Assembly (NCBI GenBank): GCA_963782715.1
Contig: CAWAKU010000008.1
Coordinates: 279,526-343,525, forward strand
DNA: 64,000 nucleotides
From: an uncultured Chloroflexia bacterium
Lineage (GTDB): Bacteria; Chloroflexota; Limnocylindria; Limnocylindrales; CSP1-4
Direction: 5' to 3'
A program made the translations under genes and the position numbers. Shown here one piece after another: positions 45,643-55,190 of this stretch. Positions within the stretch are counted from its first letter, which is position 1, and every line of letters starts with the position of its first letter. Under the pieces are notes generated by a model. That model searched no databases, was not told where the DNA came from, and was given only the letters and a program-made list of their open reading frames with translations.

Positions 45643-46317
45643 TCAGCGATCCGTCGGGTCACGCCTCGGCAGGTCTCGCTCCATCGCGCCCGTCATCCGG
45701 ATGAGCGTCGCAGCGAGTGCGACCAGCGCGATGCCCGCGAGCCAGCCACCCAGGACGTCGCTCGGGTAGTGGACACCGAGGGCGATCCTCGACAGCCCGA
45801 TGAGCACCGGCAGCGTGATGCCGATGACGACGGCAAGCCGTCGCACCGAGAGCGGGAGCTCACTCCGCCAGACCACGAGGGCGATCAGGCCATAGGTCGC
45901 CGCGCTATTCAGGGAATGGCCCGATGGGAAGCTGTACCCGGAGGCGACCACGAGTGGATCGACACCGGGTCTCGGTCGCGCGATGTAGTCCTTCACAAGA
46001 TCCGTGAAGAGGGTCGCGGCCAGGAGCACGACCCCGACGATCAGCGCGAGGCGCAGCCGGCGGCTCGCGAGGATCGCGAGCACGAACACGATGGCGATCG
46101 GGATGAGGATCAGCCCGCCGAGCGCGGTGATCGCCTCCCAGACACCGACCGGGATCGGCAGAGCCTGGACGGCCGCCACGAGCGGCTCGTCGAAGCCGAG
46201 GCCTCGGTTCTTTGCGACGAGTGTGGCGAGGCCAAGGAAACCGAGCGCCGACGCGAGGCCCACCCATGGCCACGGATCACGGCCGGCGGAGCGGCCCGCG
46301 GGCGAGGTTCGGGCCAT
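45643..46317 (-). CDS. PAP2-family phosphatase (undecaprenyl-diphosphatase-like)
   Basis: KDYIARPRP...SFPSGHS...HYPSDV PAP2 motifs with 5-6 TM helices. Confidence 0.8.
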   Translation of the reverse strand: MARTSPAGRSAGRDPWPWVGLASALGFLGLATLVAKNRGLGFDEPLVAAVQALPIPVGVWEAITALGGLILIPIAIVFVLAILASRRLRLALIVGVVLLAATLFTDLVKDYIARPRPGVDPLVVASGYSFPSGHSLNSAATYGLIALVVWRSELPLSVRRLAVVIGITLPVLIGLSRIALGVHYPSDVLGGWLAGIALVALAATLIRMTGAMERDLPRRDPTDR

Positions 46318-46320
46318 CCG

Positions 46321-46431
46321 GCTATCGAGAGACGACGGCGATCACGAGGACGACGACGGCAATGAACGCGAAGCCCCCCAGAACGACCCAGCTCGTCCAT
46401 TTCGCCAGGGTTCGCGAGCGCCAATTCGTCA
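46321..46431 (-). CDS. possible 36-aa single-TM small protein (MTNWRSRTLAKWTSWVVLGGFAFIAVVVLVIAVVSR)
   Basis: Short ORF not in the supplied track. Its stop lies 3 nt upstream of the PAP2 gene start. The only support is operon position and a clean TM helix. Confidence 0.25.
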
Positions 46432-46524
46432 TCGCCCCATCGTACTAGGCGCGATCACCTGGCGATCCTTCGCGAGACTCTGATCTTCGACCAAACCACG
46501 CTCATCACCGGAGCGTCGGTCATC

Positions 46525-47130
46525 ATGGGGAGAAGCGGAGGTTCGGTGGCCCAGGGAACGGCGACCGCAGTCGTGATGACCGGCTCGAGTGAGGCGGTCC
46601 TCGTTGCCCGCGCGCAGCGGGGCGACCGTGTGGCATTCGAGGCTCTCGTTGAGCCACGCATCGACCGCCTCCTCCGTCTCGCCGACTCGATCGTATCCAA
46701 CGATGCCGACGCGTCAGACGCGGTCCAGGAGACGTGCCTGCGAGCCTGGCGCCAGATCACGCGACTTCGGGAAGCGGACAGGTTCGAGGCCTGGCTTTGG
46801 CAGATCGCCATCAACGCCTGCCGGAGCGCCCTCAGGACGCGACGGCGGGTCAACGTTCGCGAGATCGCCATGGAAACCATGCCCGTCGGGTTCGATCTCC
46901 CCGCGCCAGGCCGGGGGATCGGCGACGACCTGTCCGCCATCGACGTCGTCCAGCGCGCTTTCCGACGGTTGGACGCAGACAAGCGCGCGATCCTGGTCCT
47001 GCATCACGTGGAGGAGCGCTCGATCGCCGAGATCGCGGAGCTCCTGGGCATCCCCGGTGGGACGGCCAAGTGGCGGCTGTTCGCAGCACGCCAGGCACTT
47101 GAGCGAGCGCTCGAGGTGGAACGACGATGA
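46525..47130 (+). CDS. ECF sigma-70 family sigma factor (third module)
   Basis: sigma-2 (DAVQETCLRAWRQ) and sigma-4 (GTAKWRLFAARQALERAL) regions. ATGA overlap with the downstream gene. Confidence 0.85.
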   Translation: MGRSGGSVAQGTATAVVMTGSSEAVLVARAQRGDRVAFEALVEPRIDRLLRLADSIVSNDADASDAVQETCLRAWRQITRLREADRFEAWLWQIAINACRSALRTRRRVNVREIAMETMPVGFDLPAPGRGIGDDLSAIDVVQRAFRRLDADKRAILVLHHVEERSIAEIAELLGIPGGTAKWRLFAARQALERALEVERR

Positions 47131-48467
47131 ACGACTCCTTGCCGCCCATCCTGTCCGACGACCTGCTCCGGGTGGCCCTCACGCGGCAGCCACCGGCTCC
47201 GGTCTCCGATGCCCTCTGGGACGATCTGCATCGCGCGCTGGCGAGCACGACGCAGCAGCGACGACGGGTCATCGTCTGGCCGTGGACTCCCAGCCTGCCG
47301 GGTCTTCCGCCCACGACCGCTCGTCGACGCCTCCGTGCGGTGGCGGTCCTGGCGACCCTCGCGCTCCTCATCGCGCTCTCTCTCGGGGCCATCGCCATCG
47401 TGGGGAGCATCCACCGGGTGCCCCCGCCCTTCGGGCTCGCCGGGCCCGGCCTGATCGCGTTCGATTCGGGCGGCGACATCTTCGTCTCGAATGCCGATGG
47501 CACCGACCGCCGACAGCTGACATCGGGGCCGGCGATCGACCTCATGCCGGTGTTCTCGCCGGACGGGACGAAGTTGACCTATGTGTCCCTGATCGATCCC
47601 ACGGACCCAGCGAACTACGCCATACCGATCGAGCAACTCGTCGTCATCGACCCTGACGGGACGCATCGCGTCGTCATTGCCACGAAGCACGCCACCGGTT
47701 CGGCATACGACGACCCATACCACTACAGTGGCAGTGCCTCCTGGTCCCCCGATTCCACGCGATTGGTCTACGCCGGTCCGCCCGACGGAAAGAACGATCG
47801 CATCTTCGTGGCCCAGGCAGATGGCTCCGCCTCACGCACTGTCGGTGATGAGACTGTCAGGGGCCAAGATCCGATCTGGTCGCCCGATGGCAAGCGCATC
47901 GCGTTCCACGGCGGCTCCAATGACAGCGAGCGCGGGATCTACGTGATGAACGCCGACGGCTCGGATGTGCGCCGTCTCGTCGGGTTGAAAGCGACGTATT
48001 CACCGATCGTGTGGTCACCGAACGGAAGCGCGATCGCCTTTGTCGAGCGGCCGGGGCCGACAGGGCAGGAGATCTGGATCGTCGGCGTGGAGGATGGCGT
48101 CCCTCGTCGTGTCTCGAATACGACCGACATCAACGACGCTCCGGCGTGGTCACCCGACGGGAGCTGGCTGGCCTATGACACGACCCCGAAGGGATACCTT
48201 CCGAACTTGCAATTCGTCGTCGTCCGGCCGGATGGCTCGGGCACGACCGTGTTTGCACCGCCCGTGGCGAATGGTCCCACGTGGTCGCCGGATGGACATC
48301 ACCTCATGGGCACCGCCTTCGAGGACCCGGCCACGCCGTTCCAGCATTCGATCGCGATCGTCGACATCGCTGATGGGACAGTGGTCGTCCTGCCAAGGAA
48401 CGGGACGAGCGGATCGGCCAATGACGACGTCAAGGGCATCCCTGGCTGGCAGCGACGGGCCGACTGA
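47127..48467 (+). CDS. membrane anti-sigma factor with TolB/PD40-like beta-propeller (third module)
   Basis: TM helix LRAVAVLATLALLIALSLGAIAIVG. Repeated xSPDG motifs (VFSPDGTKL, ASWSPDSTRL, PIWSPDGKRIAF, IVWSPNGSAIAF, PAWSPDGSWLAY, PTWSPDGHHL). Confidence 0.75.
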   Translation: MNDSLPPILSDDLLRVALTRQPPAPVSDALWDDLHRALASTTQQRRRVIVWPWTPSLPGLPPTTARRRLRAVAVLATLALLIALSLGAIAIVGSIHRVPPPFGLAGPGLIAFDSGGDIFVSNADGTDRRQLTSGPAIDLMPVFSPDGTKLTYVSLIDPTDPANYAIPIEQLVVIDPDGTHRVVIATKHATGSAYDDPYHYSGSASWSPDSTRLVYAGPPDGKNDRIFVAQADGSASRTVGDETVRGQDPIWSPDGKRIAFHGGSNDSERGIYVMNADGSDVRRLVGLKATYSPIVWSPNGSAIAFVERPGPTGQEIWIVGVEDGVPRRVSNTTDINDAPAWSPDGSWLAYDTTPKGYLPNLQFVVVRPDGSGTTVFAPPVANGPTWSPDGHHLMGTAFEDPATPFQHSIAIVDIADGTVVVLPRNGTSGSANDDVKGIPGWQRRAD

Positions 48468-48568
48468 CGGTCGCCTCGGAACGGCCGGACCGGACTTTCA
48501 GCCGATGGACGGCGGCGCAATGGCGGGTAATCCTCGCGACCGGAGGCGTCCGACCGGGGAACCGACAC

Positions 48569-49060
48569 GTGAGCACACTCGACCTCGCCATCCTGCTCGT
48601 CATCGGGTTGATCGCCGTCATCCTCTTCCTCAGTGCAGATCGCTTGGGGCTGTCGCGCCGACAGGTCGCGTTCCTGCTGATGATCACCAGCGCCGGCCTG
48701 GTCGGCGGCCTGGCCGTCGTCGATGGACTCCCCGGGCAGCCGGTCGCGCTCCTGACCGACGCAGAGGATGGCATGCACGGCGCGTGCTTCCTGAGCTTCA
48801 TCGAGGGCGAGCTTGTGACCGATCCCGTCTCGGGAACCGCGATCATCGGCCGAAATGGCGGGAGCACCGAAGAGCGGCTCCCGGTGATGTGGCCCCTCGG
48901 CTGGACTGGCCGCCGGACGTTGTTCTCAGACGTCGAGGTCCTCGACCCGACCGGGAGAGTCGTCGTTCGGACCGGGACGCGCGTCCACCTCATGGGCGGT
49001 GGCTACGGGCCATCCGGACGGCCATGGCTGACCTGCGATGCGGCCTACCCGCTCCCCTAG
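48569..49060 (+). CDS. hypothetical membrane-anchored protein
   Basis: GTG start. Two N-terminal TM helices, then a soluble domain. No family recognised. Confidence 0.45.
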   Translation: MSTLDLAILLVIGLIAVILFLSADRLGLSRRQVAFLLMITSAGLVGGLAVVDGLPGQPVALLTDAEDGMHGACFLSFIEGELVTDPVSGTAIIGRNGGSTEERLPVMWPLGWTGRRTLFSDVEVLDPTGRVVVRTGTRVHLMGGGYGPSGRPWLTCDAAYPLP

Positions 49061-49091
49061 AGTCGCGCTCACGCGCCCGGTTGGCTGGCGC

Positions 49092-49655
49092 CTACTGCGA
49101 CAGCTTCCAGAATTGTCTGTTGTTCGTGATGTCGCACGCTTCGAGGAAGACTGCGGCGCCCGCGGCCGCCCTGGGGAACGAGAGGCAGCCCTTCGCGAAC
49201 TCGATCTGCCCAGTCAAGGTGAAGGTCGACTTTTGCGCCTTGGTGTTGTCGCAGAAGGTGACCGGGACCGCGAGGCCGTCGCCGCGCTTCCGGCTGCTGA
49301 CGTCAACGCACATCCCCTGGGTCTCGATCAGCTGGTTCAGGCCGGTCGCCAGCCACGAGAATGTCCATCGCTGAGCGGAGATGGCGCTGCATGGCTCCAG
49401 GGTGACCGATCGCAGATCGGCCGCGCCGCCATCGACCTCTGCACAGAAGCTCGTGTCCAAAGCACTGTGGAGCTGGAAGCCGACCCCGTGCGCGGTGGTC
49501 GTCGGGAGCACGACGGGAGCGGCGACCGCCGGCGTCACGGTGGCTGTCGCTCCGACGGTCACCGGGGCGACCGTCGCCGCCAGGAGTGTGGCCGCCCCAA
49601 CGAGGGCGAGGAAGGCGGCCCGCGTGCCGCGCCGGGGTGGACGGATCGAGCGCAT
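49092..49655 (-). CDS. secreted ricin-B-type (beta-trefoil) lectin domain protein
   Basis: Signal peptide MRSIRPPRRGTRAAFLALVGAATLLAA. QxW-type repeats (QRW, QFW) spaced by Cys pairs, as in R-type lectins. Confidence 0.7.
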   Translation of the reverse strand: MRSIRPPRRGTRAAFLALVGAATLLAATVAPVTVGATATVTPAVAAPVVLPTTTAHGVGFQLHSALDTSFCAEVDGGAADLRSVTLEPCSAISAQRWTFSWLATGLNQLIETQGMCVDVSSRKRGDGLAVPVTFCDNTKAQKSTFTLTGQIEFAKGCLSFPRAAAGAAVFLEACDITNNRQFWKLSQ

Positions 49656-49854
49656 CCGACATCGCTCCCTTCGCGGCGGCCGTGGCGGACGGGAGATCAG
49701 CGTCGGTAGGCCCGGCTGGCCGCGTCCGACCAGTGTGGGGGCACGGCGGGCCGATGCAAGACCCCAGGACCATCGGATCGCGGTGCCGCCGGACACAGTG
49801 GTGCCTCGACGCTCGGAGCGTCCCAGAACGGACGAGCGTAGGGACCACTCGAGA

Positions 49855-49882
49855 CGAAGAAACCGGCCCGAAGGCCGGTCTC
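49855..49882 (-). terminator. stem-loop downstream of tRNA-Pro
   Basis: gaaaccggcccgaaggccggtctc forms a GC-rich hairpin (ccggcc/ggccgg, loop cgaa) directly 3' of the tRNA on the minus strand. Confidence 0.4.
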
Positions 49883-49894
49883 ACGCTCGAGAAA

Positions 49895-49971
49895 TGGTCG
49901 GGGCGGCGGGATTCGAACCCACGACCACCAGTCCCCCAGACTGGTGCGCTACCAGACTGCGCCACGCCCCG
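49895..49971 (-). tRNA. tRNA-Pro (anticodon GGG)
   Basis: Reverse complement CGGGGCGTGGCGCAGTCTGGTAGCGCACCAGTCTGGGGGACTGGTGGTCGTGGGTTCGAATCCCGCCGCCCCGACCA folds as a cloverleaf. Anticodon loop CTGGGGG. CCA is encoded. Confidence 0.85.
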
Positions 49972-50028
49972 ACGAACCCGGAGTCTAGCACCGGGGCCAG
50001 CCGGACCTAGGGTGCTCGTCTTCGGGCT

Positions 50029-51081
50029 TCAGCCGGCGTCGGTGTCCGACTCCAATCGGGCGACCCACCGGCCGTAGTCGGCGAGCTCGTCCTTGGATTC
50101 GCGGGCGAGCAGGTCGACCAGGCAGCGCTGGACGCTCTTGCCCTCGAACAGGGCCTTTTCGACCTCGCGGGCGATCGGCATCTCGACGCCGAAGCGTTCG
50201 GCCAGGGCGAGCGCCGCCCGGACCGTGTAGGCACCCTCGGCGGTGCCCGGGAGCGTGGCCTCGATCTCGGCCCACGTTCGGCCCTTCGCCAGCTCCTCCC
50301 CGAGCCGGTGGTTCCGCGACAGGTGTGAGCCGCAGGTGGCGATGAGATCGCCCATCCCGGCCAGTCCCGCGAACGTCAGCGGGTTCGCGCCGGCGGCGAT
50401 CCCGAGCCGGGTCATCTCGGCCAGGCCGCGGGTCAGCAGCCCTGCCTTGCCGTTATCACCGAACCCGAGGCCGTCCGCCGCGCCGGCCGCGATCGCCACG
50501 ATGTTCTTGAGCGCGCCGCACAGCTCGACGCCGAGGATGTCCTCGTTGACGTAAAGCCGGAGCCGGCGCCGAGCGAGCCGCGCCACGACGCGTTCCGCGA
50601 GCGCCAGGTCCGCCGCCGCGACGACCGCCGACGCCGGCAGGTTGCGCGCCACCTCCGCCGCGAGATTCGGTCCCGACAAGGCAGCGACGCGGGCGATCGG
50701 GACCCCGGCCGCCTCGGCGATCACCTCGCTCATCCGCAGCAGGGTGCCGCGCTCCAACCCCTTCACGACCGACAGCAGGTCCGCGCCGGGGTCGAGGAAG
50801 GGTGCCACGGCCCCGACCATCGAGCGCAGGTGAGCCGACGGCGCTGCGAACAGGACGAGATCGGTCGCGGCGGCCAGCGCAGACGGGTCGGCGGTCGCGA
50901 CGACTCCCGTCGGCAGGTCCACGCCCGGCAGTCGCGCCTCGTTGCGCCCGGTCTCGCGGATCCGTGCCGCCGTCTCCGGGGAGTGGCACAGCAGCGTCAC
51001 CGGTTCCATCCGGGCCACGACGCGCGCGAGCGTCGTCCCCCACGCGCCGGCCCCGACGACGGCGACGCGCGGACCGTCCAT
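50029..51081 (-). CDS. gpsA: NAD(P)H-dependent glycerol-3-phosphate dehydrogenase
   Basis: [19 protein letters not shown] Rossmann start. GpsA motifs (GALKNIVAIAAG, GMGDLIATC). Start overlaps the der stop. Confidence 0.9.
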   Translation of the reverse strand: MDGPRVAVVGAGAWGTTLARVVARMEPVTLLCHSPETAARIRETGRNEARLPGVDLPTGVVATADPSALAAATDLVLFAAPSAHLRSMVGAVAPFLDPGADLLSVVKGLERGTLLRMSEVIAEAAGVPIARVAALSGPNLAAEVARNLPASAVVAAADLALAERVVARLARRRLRLYVNEDILGVELCGALKNIVAIAAGAADGLGFGDNGKAGLLTRGLAEMTRLGIAAGANPLTFAGLAGMGDLIATCGSHLSRNHRLGEELAKGRTWAEIEATLPGTAEGAYTVRAALALAERFGVEMPIAREVEKALFEGKSVQRCLVDLLARESKDELADYGRWVARLESDTDAG

Positions 51082-52709
51082 CAGCGCTTGCGAGCGGGCT
51101 TGGCGGATCCTCCGCGACGTGCGCCCTTGGCGGAGCCGGCCGGGGCGCTGCGCAGCTTCTTGCGGCGCGGCAGCTTGACCGATGAGCGGTCGCGGAAGAT
51201 GAGCCGCACGGGCGTTCCGTCGAAGCCGAACTTGGCGCGCAACTGGTTCTCGAGATAGCGCCGGTAGCTGAAGTGCACCGACGACGCGTCCGAGGCGAAG
51301 AACACGAACGTCGGCGGCGCGACCGCGGCCTGCGTCGCGTAGAACAGCTTGGGTCGGTGGCCGCGGACCGGCGGCGGCGGCGTCCGTTCCGTCGCGGCCA
51401 TCAGGACGCGGTTGAGCTCGCCCGTCGAGATGCGCTTGCGCCGCTCGCCCCAGATGTCGATGGCGGCTTCGAGGACACGCCCGACGCGCTGGCCGGTCTT
51501 GGCGCTGATCGACAGGATCGGCGCGAAGTCGAGGAACGGCACCTCGTTGCGGATCCACTCGACGTACTGGTCGAAGGTCTTGTCGGTCTTGTCCTCGACC
51601 AGGTCCCACTTGTTGATCGCGATGACGAGGCCCTTGCCCTCTTCCACGACATAGCCCGCGACGTGCGCGTCCTGCGAGGTCAGACCCTCGACAGCATCGA
51701 CCACGAGCACCGCGACGTCGGCCCTTGACAACGCATGCAGCGCCCGCAGCGTCGAGTAGCGTTCCGCAGCCGCGCCACCGGCGACCTTGCCGCGTCGCCG
51801 GATACCGGCCGTGTCGATCAGGATGACCTCGCTGCGGCCCCACTCGAGCCGCGTGTCGATCGCGTCGCGGGTCGTGCCCGGCACGTCGGACACGATCGCC
51901 CGGTCCTCGCCGAGCAGCGCGTTGAGCAGGCTCGACTTGCCGACGTTCGGCCGGCCGACGAAGGCGATCGCGGCGGGCTCGCCGTCCTTCTCGGCGGCCA
52001 TCGCGGCGTCCCAGCGCGCGGCTTCGGCATCGACGCCGTCGAGATCCGGCCCTTCGAGGCCGTCGCCATCGGGCGCGTCGCCCGCCTCGGGCTCGCCGAC
52101 GACGAACGGGTCGAGATGACCGGCGGCGACATCCTCCGCCCAGGCCTCCGCTTCGGCCTCGCGCGCCTTGCGCGCTAGCTCCGCTTCGGTCTCGGGCGGC
52201 AGCGACCAGACGATGACATCGAGCAGGTCGCCGGTCCCGCGTCCGTGCGTCGCCGAGATCGCGTGCGTCTCCTCCCAGCCGAGCTGGTGGAATTCGGCGC
52301 CTTCGAGCTCGCGCTTCTCGTTGTCGGCCTTGTTGACGACGACGATCACGGGCGCCGTCGCGCGGCGGAGGATCCGGGCCGCCTCGAGGTCCGCCGGTGT
52401 CAGCCCGGTCGTCGCGTCGACGAGGAACAGGATGACGTCGGCCTCGGCGATGGCCAGCCGGGCCTGTTCCTGGACGCGCGCCTCGATCGGATCGTCGGGG
52501 TCGAGCTCGAGCCCACCGGTGTCGACGATGACGAAGCGGCGGCCGTTCCACTCGGTATCGCCGTAGAGACGGTCACGGGTCGTCCGGGCGCGGTCCTCGA
52601 CGATCGCGGTGCGCTGGCCCAGGAAGCGGTTGAAGAGCGTGCTCTTGCCGACGTTCGGTCGCCCGACGATGGCGACGACCGGGATGGTCCCGCGTCCGCT
52701 GATCGCCAC
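51081..52709 (-). CDS. der: ribosome-biogenesis GTPase Der (EngA), with basic C-terminal extension
   Basis: Two G domains ([12 protein letters not shown] and [12 protein letters not shown]) plus a KH-like domain. C-terminal Lys/Arg-rich tail. Confidence 0.9.
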   Translation of the reverse strand: MAISGRGTIPVVAIVGRPNVGKSTLFNRFLGQRTAIVEDRARTTRDRLYGDTEWNGRRFVIVDTGGLELDPDDPIEARVQEQARLAIAEADVILFLVDATTGLTPADLEAARILRRATAPVIVVVNKADNEKRELEGAEFHQLGWEETHAISATHGRGTGDLLDVIVWSLPPETEAELARKAREAEAEAWAEDVAAGHLDPFVVGEPEAGDAPDGDGLEGPDLDGVDAEAARWDAAMAAEKDGEPAAIAFVGRPNVGKSSLLNALLGEDRAIVSDVPGTTRDAIDTRLEWGRSEVILIDTAGIRRRGKVAGGAAAERYSTLRALHALSRADVAVLVVDAVEGLTSQDAHVAGYVVEEGKGLVIAINKWDLVEDKTDKTFDQYVEWIRNEVPFLDFAPILSISAKTGQRVGRVLEAAIDIWGERRKRISTGELNRVLMAATERTPPPPVRGHRPKLFYATQAAVAPPTFVFFASDASSVHFSYRRYLENQLRAKFGFDGTPVRLIFRDRSSVKLPRRKKLRSAPAGSAKGARRGGSAKPARKR

Positions 52710-52711
52710 GA

Positions 52712-53695
52712 TCAGGCCGCGCCCGCCGCGGCGACCGAGTCGGGCGCACGTGGCGGAGTCGGCAGCGATGTGGTCCGGCCGGCGGGCGTCGCGGCGCGCT
52801 CGAGCGCGGCGTGGGCGAGTTCGGCGGCGCGCGCCTGCGCCTCAGGCGTCCCGGCCATCTCGAGGATGCGTTCGGTGACGTCGCGCAGGTCCTCGATCGG
52901 CGTCGAGGTCCCACCGGTCACCCCGACGATGCGGGCATCGCCGAAGACGGCCGGGTCGGTCAGGTCGTGGACGCTCTCGATCTGGATGGCCGCGGTCCCG
53001 GCGATCTCGCACAGGCGCGTCAGTTCCTTCGTGTTCGCGCTCGACCGTCCGCCGACCACGACCATCAGGTCCACCTCGCCGGCCGCCTCGAGCGTGTCCT
53101 GCTGGCGGCGGATGGTGACCGGGCAGACCGTGTTGACGATCTTGAGCTCGTGGGCCCGCGAGACCATGAACGAGGCGAGCCGCTCGAACTTCCACGGTGG
53201 CTGGGTCGACTGCGAGATGAGCGCCATCCGCTTGCGCCGCGGGATGGCCGCCTCCCACTCCTCTTCCTCGTCGACGACGATCGCGTCCGGGGCGAAACCG
53301 AGCAGCCCGACGACCTCGGGGTGCTTCGGGGTGCCCAGCAGGACGATCGTGTAGCCGTCCTCGACAAGGCGGACGAGCTCGCGCTGCTCCTGGATCACCC
53401 AGGTGCACGTGCCGTCGATGACCTCGAGGCCGCGCTCCTCGGCACGGTGCATGACGTCCGGACGAACGCCGTGGGCACGGATGACGACCGCCGCACCATG
53501 GTCGACGTCGTCGAGCAATTCGACCGTCTGGATGCCCAGATCCTGGAGGTCGCGGACGACGCCCTCGTTGTGGACGACCTGGCCCAGGGTGTGGGTCGAC
53601 TTGCCGGCGGCCGACGCTTCCTTCGCCTTGTCGATCGCCTCGCGAACGCCATAGCAGAAGCCGGTGCGCTTCGCGATACGGACCTCTTCGATCAT
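52712..53695 (-). CDS. ispH: 4-hydroxy-3-methylbut-2-enyl diphosphate reductase
   Basis: Begins [17 protein letters not shown] with conserved Cys ([13 protein letters not shown]). Confidence 0.9.
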   Translation of the reverse strand: MIEEVRIAKRTGFCYGVREAIDKAKEASAAGKSTHTLGQVVHNEGVVRDLQDLGIQTVELLDDVDHGAAVVIRAHGVRPDVMHRAEERGLEVIDGTCTWVIQEQRELVRLVEDGYTIVLLGTPKHPEVVGLLGFAPDAIVVDEEEEWEAAIPRRKRMALISQSTQPPWKFERLASFMVSRAHELKIVNTVCPVTIRRQQDTLEAAGEVDLMVVVGGRSSANTKELTRLCEIAGTAAIQIESVHDLTDPAVFGDARIVGVTGGTSTPIEDLRDVTERILEMAGTPEAQARAAELAHAALERAATPAGRTTSLPTPPRAPDSVAAAGAA

Positions 53696-53708
53696 TCCCA
53701 CGCGGCGA

Positions 53709-54437
53709 TTATCGCACGGGGTCCTCGTGACCCCCGTACACGCCACGCTGCGACGGCGGCAGCAGGGCGGCGATCCGCTCCATGATCATCCGCGTCACGA
53801 GCGGTTTCGCGGTCCGCCGGTCGGTGTTCGGGGGCAGCTCGTCGGCGGGCCGGAATGGGCGCCCGACGCGGGCCGTGACGTGCCCGCCGGGGTGCGGCAG
53901 CTTCTGGCCCTTGGGCCAGACGCGGTTCGAACCGGCGATCGCGAGCGGGACGATGGGCGCGCCCGTACGGATGGCGAGGACGGCGACTCCATCCTGGGCC
54001 TCCTGGAGGCCTCCATCCGGGCTGCGGGTCCCTTCCGGGAAGACGAACAGGATGTGACCCTCGTCGAGGATCCGTTTCGCGAGTCTGAAGGCCTCGACGT
54101 CGGCCGCTCCCCGGTCGACCGGGTGGACGCCGCCGTTGGCCGCCGCCCAGCCCACCAGCGGCCAGTCGAACAGCTCCTTCTTGCCCAGCCAGTGGATGCG
54201 CCGGCCGAGCTTGGGCATCAGCCACGAGCCGAGCACGACCGCATCGAGGTTGGAGGCGTGATTGGCGGCCAGGATGACCGGACCCTCGCGCGGGATCTCG
54301 TCGACGGCGCCCTCGACGGTGATCCGGCTCATGGCGCGAGCGAAGATGCGACCACCAAAGGTCAGTGTCGAGATGAGCGGGGTGATCGAATCCTCGATCG
54401 GCGGGGGTGGCGCGGCCGGCGGGGCCGAGTCGGTCAT
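53709..54437 (-). CDS. plsC: 1-acyl-sn-glycerol-3-phosphate acyltransferase
   Basis: HxxxxD motif (NHASNLD) and FPEGTRS motif. Confidence 0.8.
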   Translation of the reverse strand: MTDSAPPAAPPPPIEDSITPLISTLTFGGRIFARAMSRITVEGAVDEIPREGPVILAANHASNLDAVVLGSWLMPKLGRRIHWLGKKELFDWPLVGWAAANGGVHPVDRGAADVEAFRLAKRILDEGHILFVFPEGTRSPDGGLQEAQDGVAVLAIRTGAPIVPLAIAGSNRVWPKGQKLPHPGGHVTARVGRPFRPADELPPNTDRRTAKPLVTRMIMERIAALLPPSQRGVYGGHEDPVR

Positions 54438-55168
54438 GCGCCGGTCCCCGACCCCGCGAGCTCGTCGGCGCGCCTCGCGGCCGCGTCCCGGATCGCGTTG
54501 ACCACGGCATCGACCGTGTCCTCGAACCGGTTTCCGTCGGTCGAGATCACCCGGGCGTCAGCGGCGATCCGGAGCGGCGCGACAGCACGGCTTGAATCGA
54601 GCGAGTCGCGGCGCCGCAGTGCATCGAGGATGGCTTCCGCCTCGGGGCCGTTCGGGTCCAGGCCGCGCTCGCGGGTGCGCCGCCGGGCGCGCTCCTCGGC
54701 GGATGCGTCGAGGTAGATCTTGAGGTCGGCGTCGGGCAGCACCACCGACCCGATGTCCCGGCCGGCCATGATGATCCCGCCGGTCGCGGCAAGGTCGCGC
54801 TGGCGCTGGAGCAACGCCGCACGCAATTCCGGGATCGCAGAGATGGCCGACACGGCCGCGTCCACCATCGGCCCGTGGACGTCGTCGGTGTGGTCGACGC
54901 CGTCGACGAGGACGCGAGCGAGCCGGCCCTGTGCGTCCGGCGCCAGCTCGACCTCATCGACCAGCCCGCGCATCGCGTGCGGGTACGACGCGGACACGTT
55001 CCGGGCGAGCGCGAGCCAAGTCACCGCGCGATAGAGCAGGCCGGTGTCGCAGAACCGATAGCCGACCTCGAGCGCTGCCGCCGCCCCGACGCTGCTCTTG
55101 CCCGACGAGCCAGGCCCGTCGAGCGCGACGACCAGTCGCGGGACCGCCTCGGTTCGTTCTGTGCCCAT
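54434..55168 (-). CDS. cmk: cytidylate kinase
   Basis: P-loop LVVALDGPGSSGKSS and YLDASAEERARRR motif. Confidence 0.9.
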   Translation of the reverse strand: MGTERTEAVPRLVVALDGPGSSGKSSVGAAAALEVGYRFCDTGLLYRAVTWLALARNVSASYPHAMRGLVDEVELAPDAQGRLARVLVDGVDHTDDVHGPMVDAAVSAISAIPELRAALLQRQRDLAATGGIIMAGRDIGSVVLPDADLKIYLDASAEERARRRTRERGLDPNGPEAEAILDALRRRDSLDSSRAVAPLRIAADARVISTDGNRFEDTVDAVVNAIRDAAARRADELAGSGTGA

Positions 55169-55190
55169 GCCGGCAGGATACCCGTCGGCG

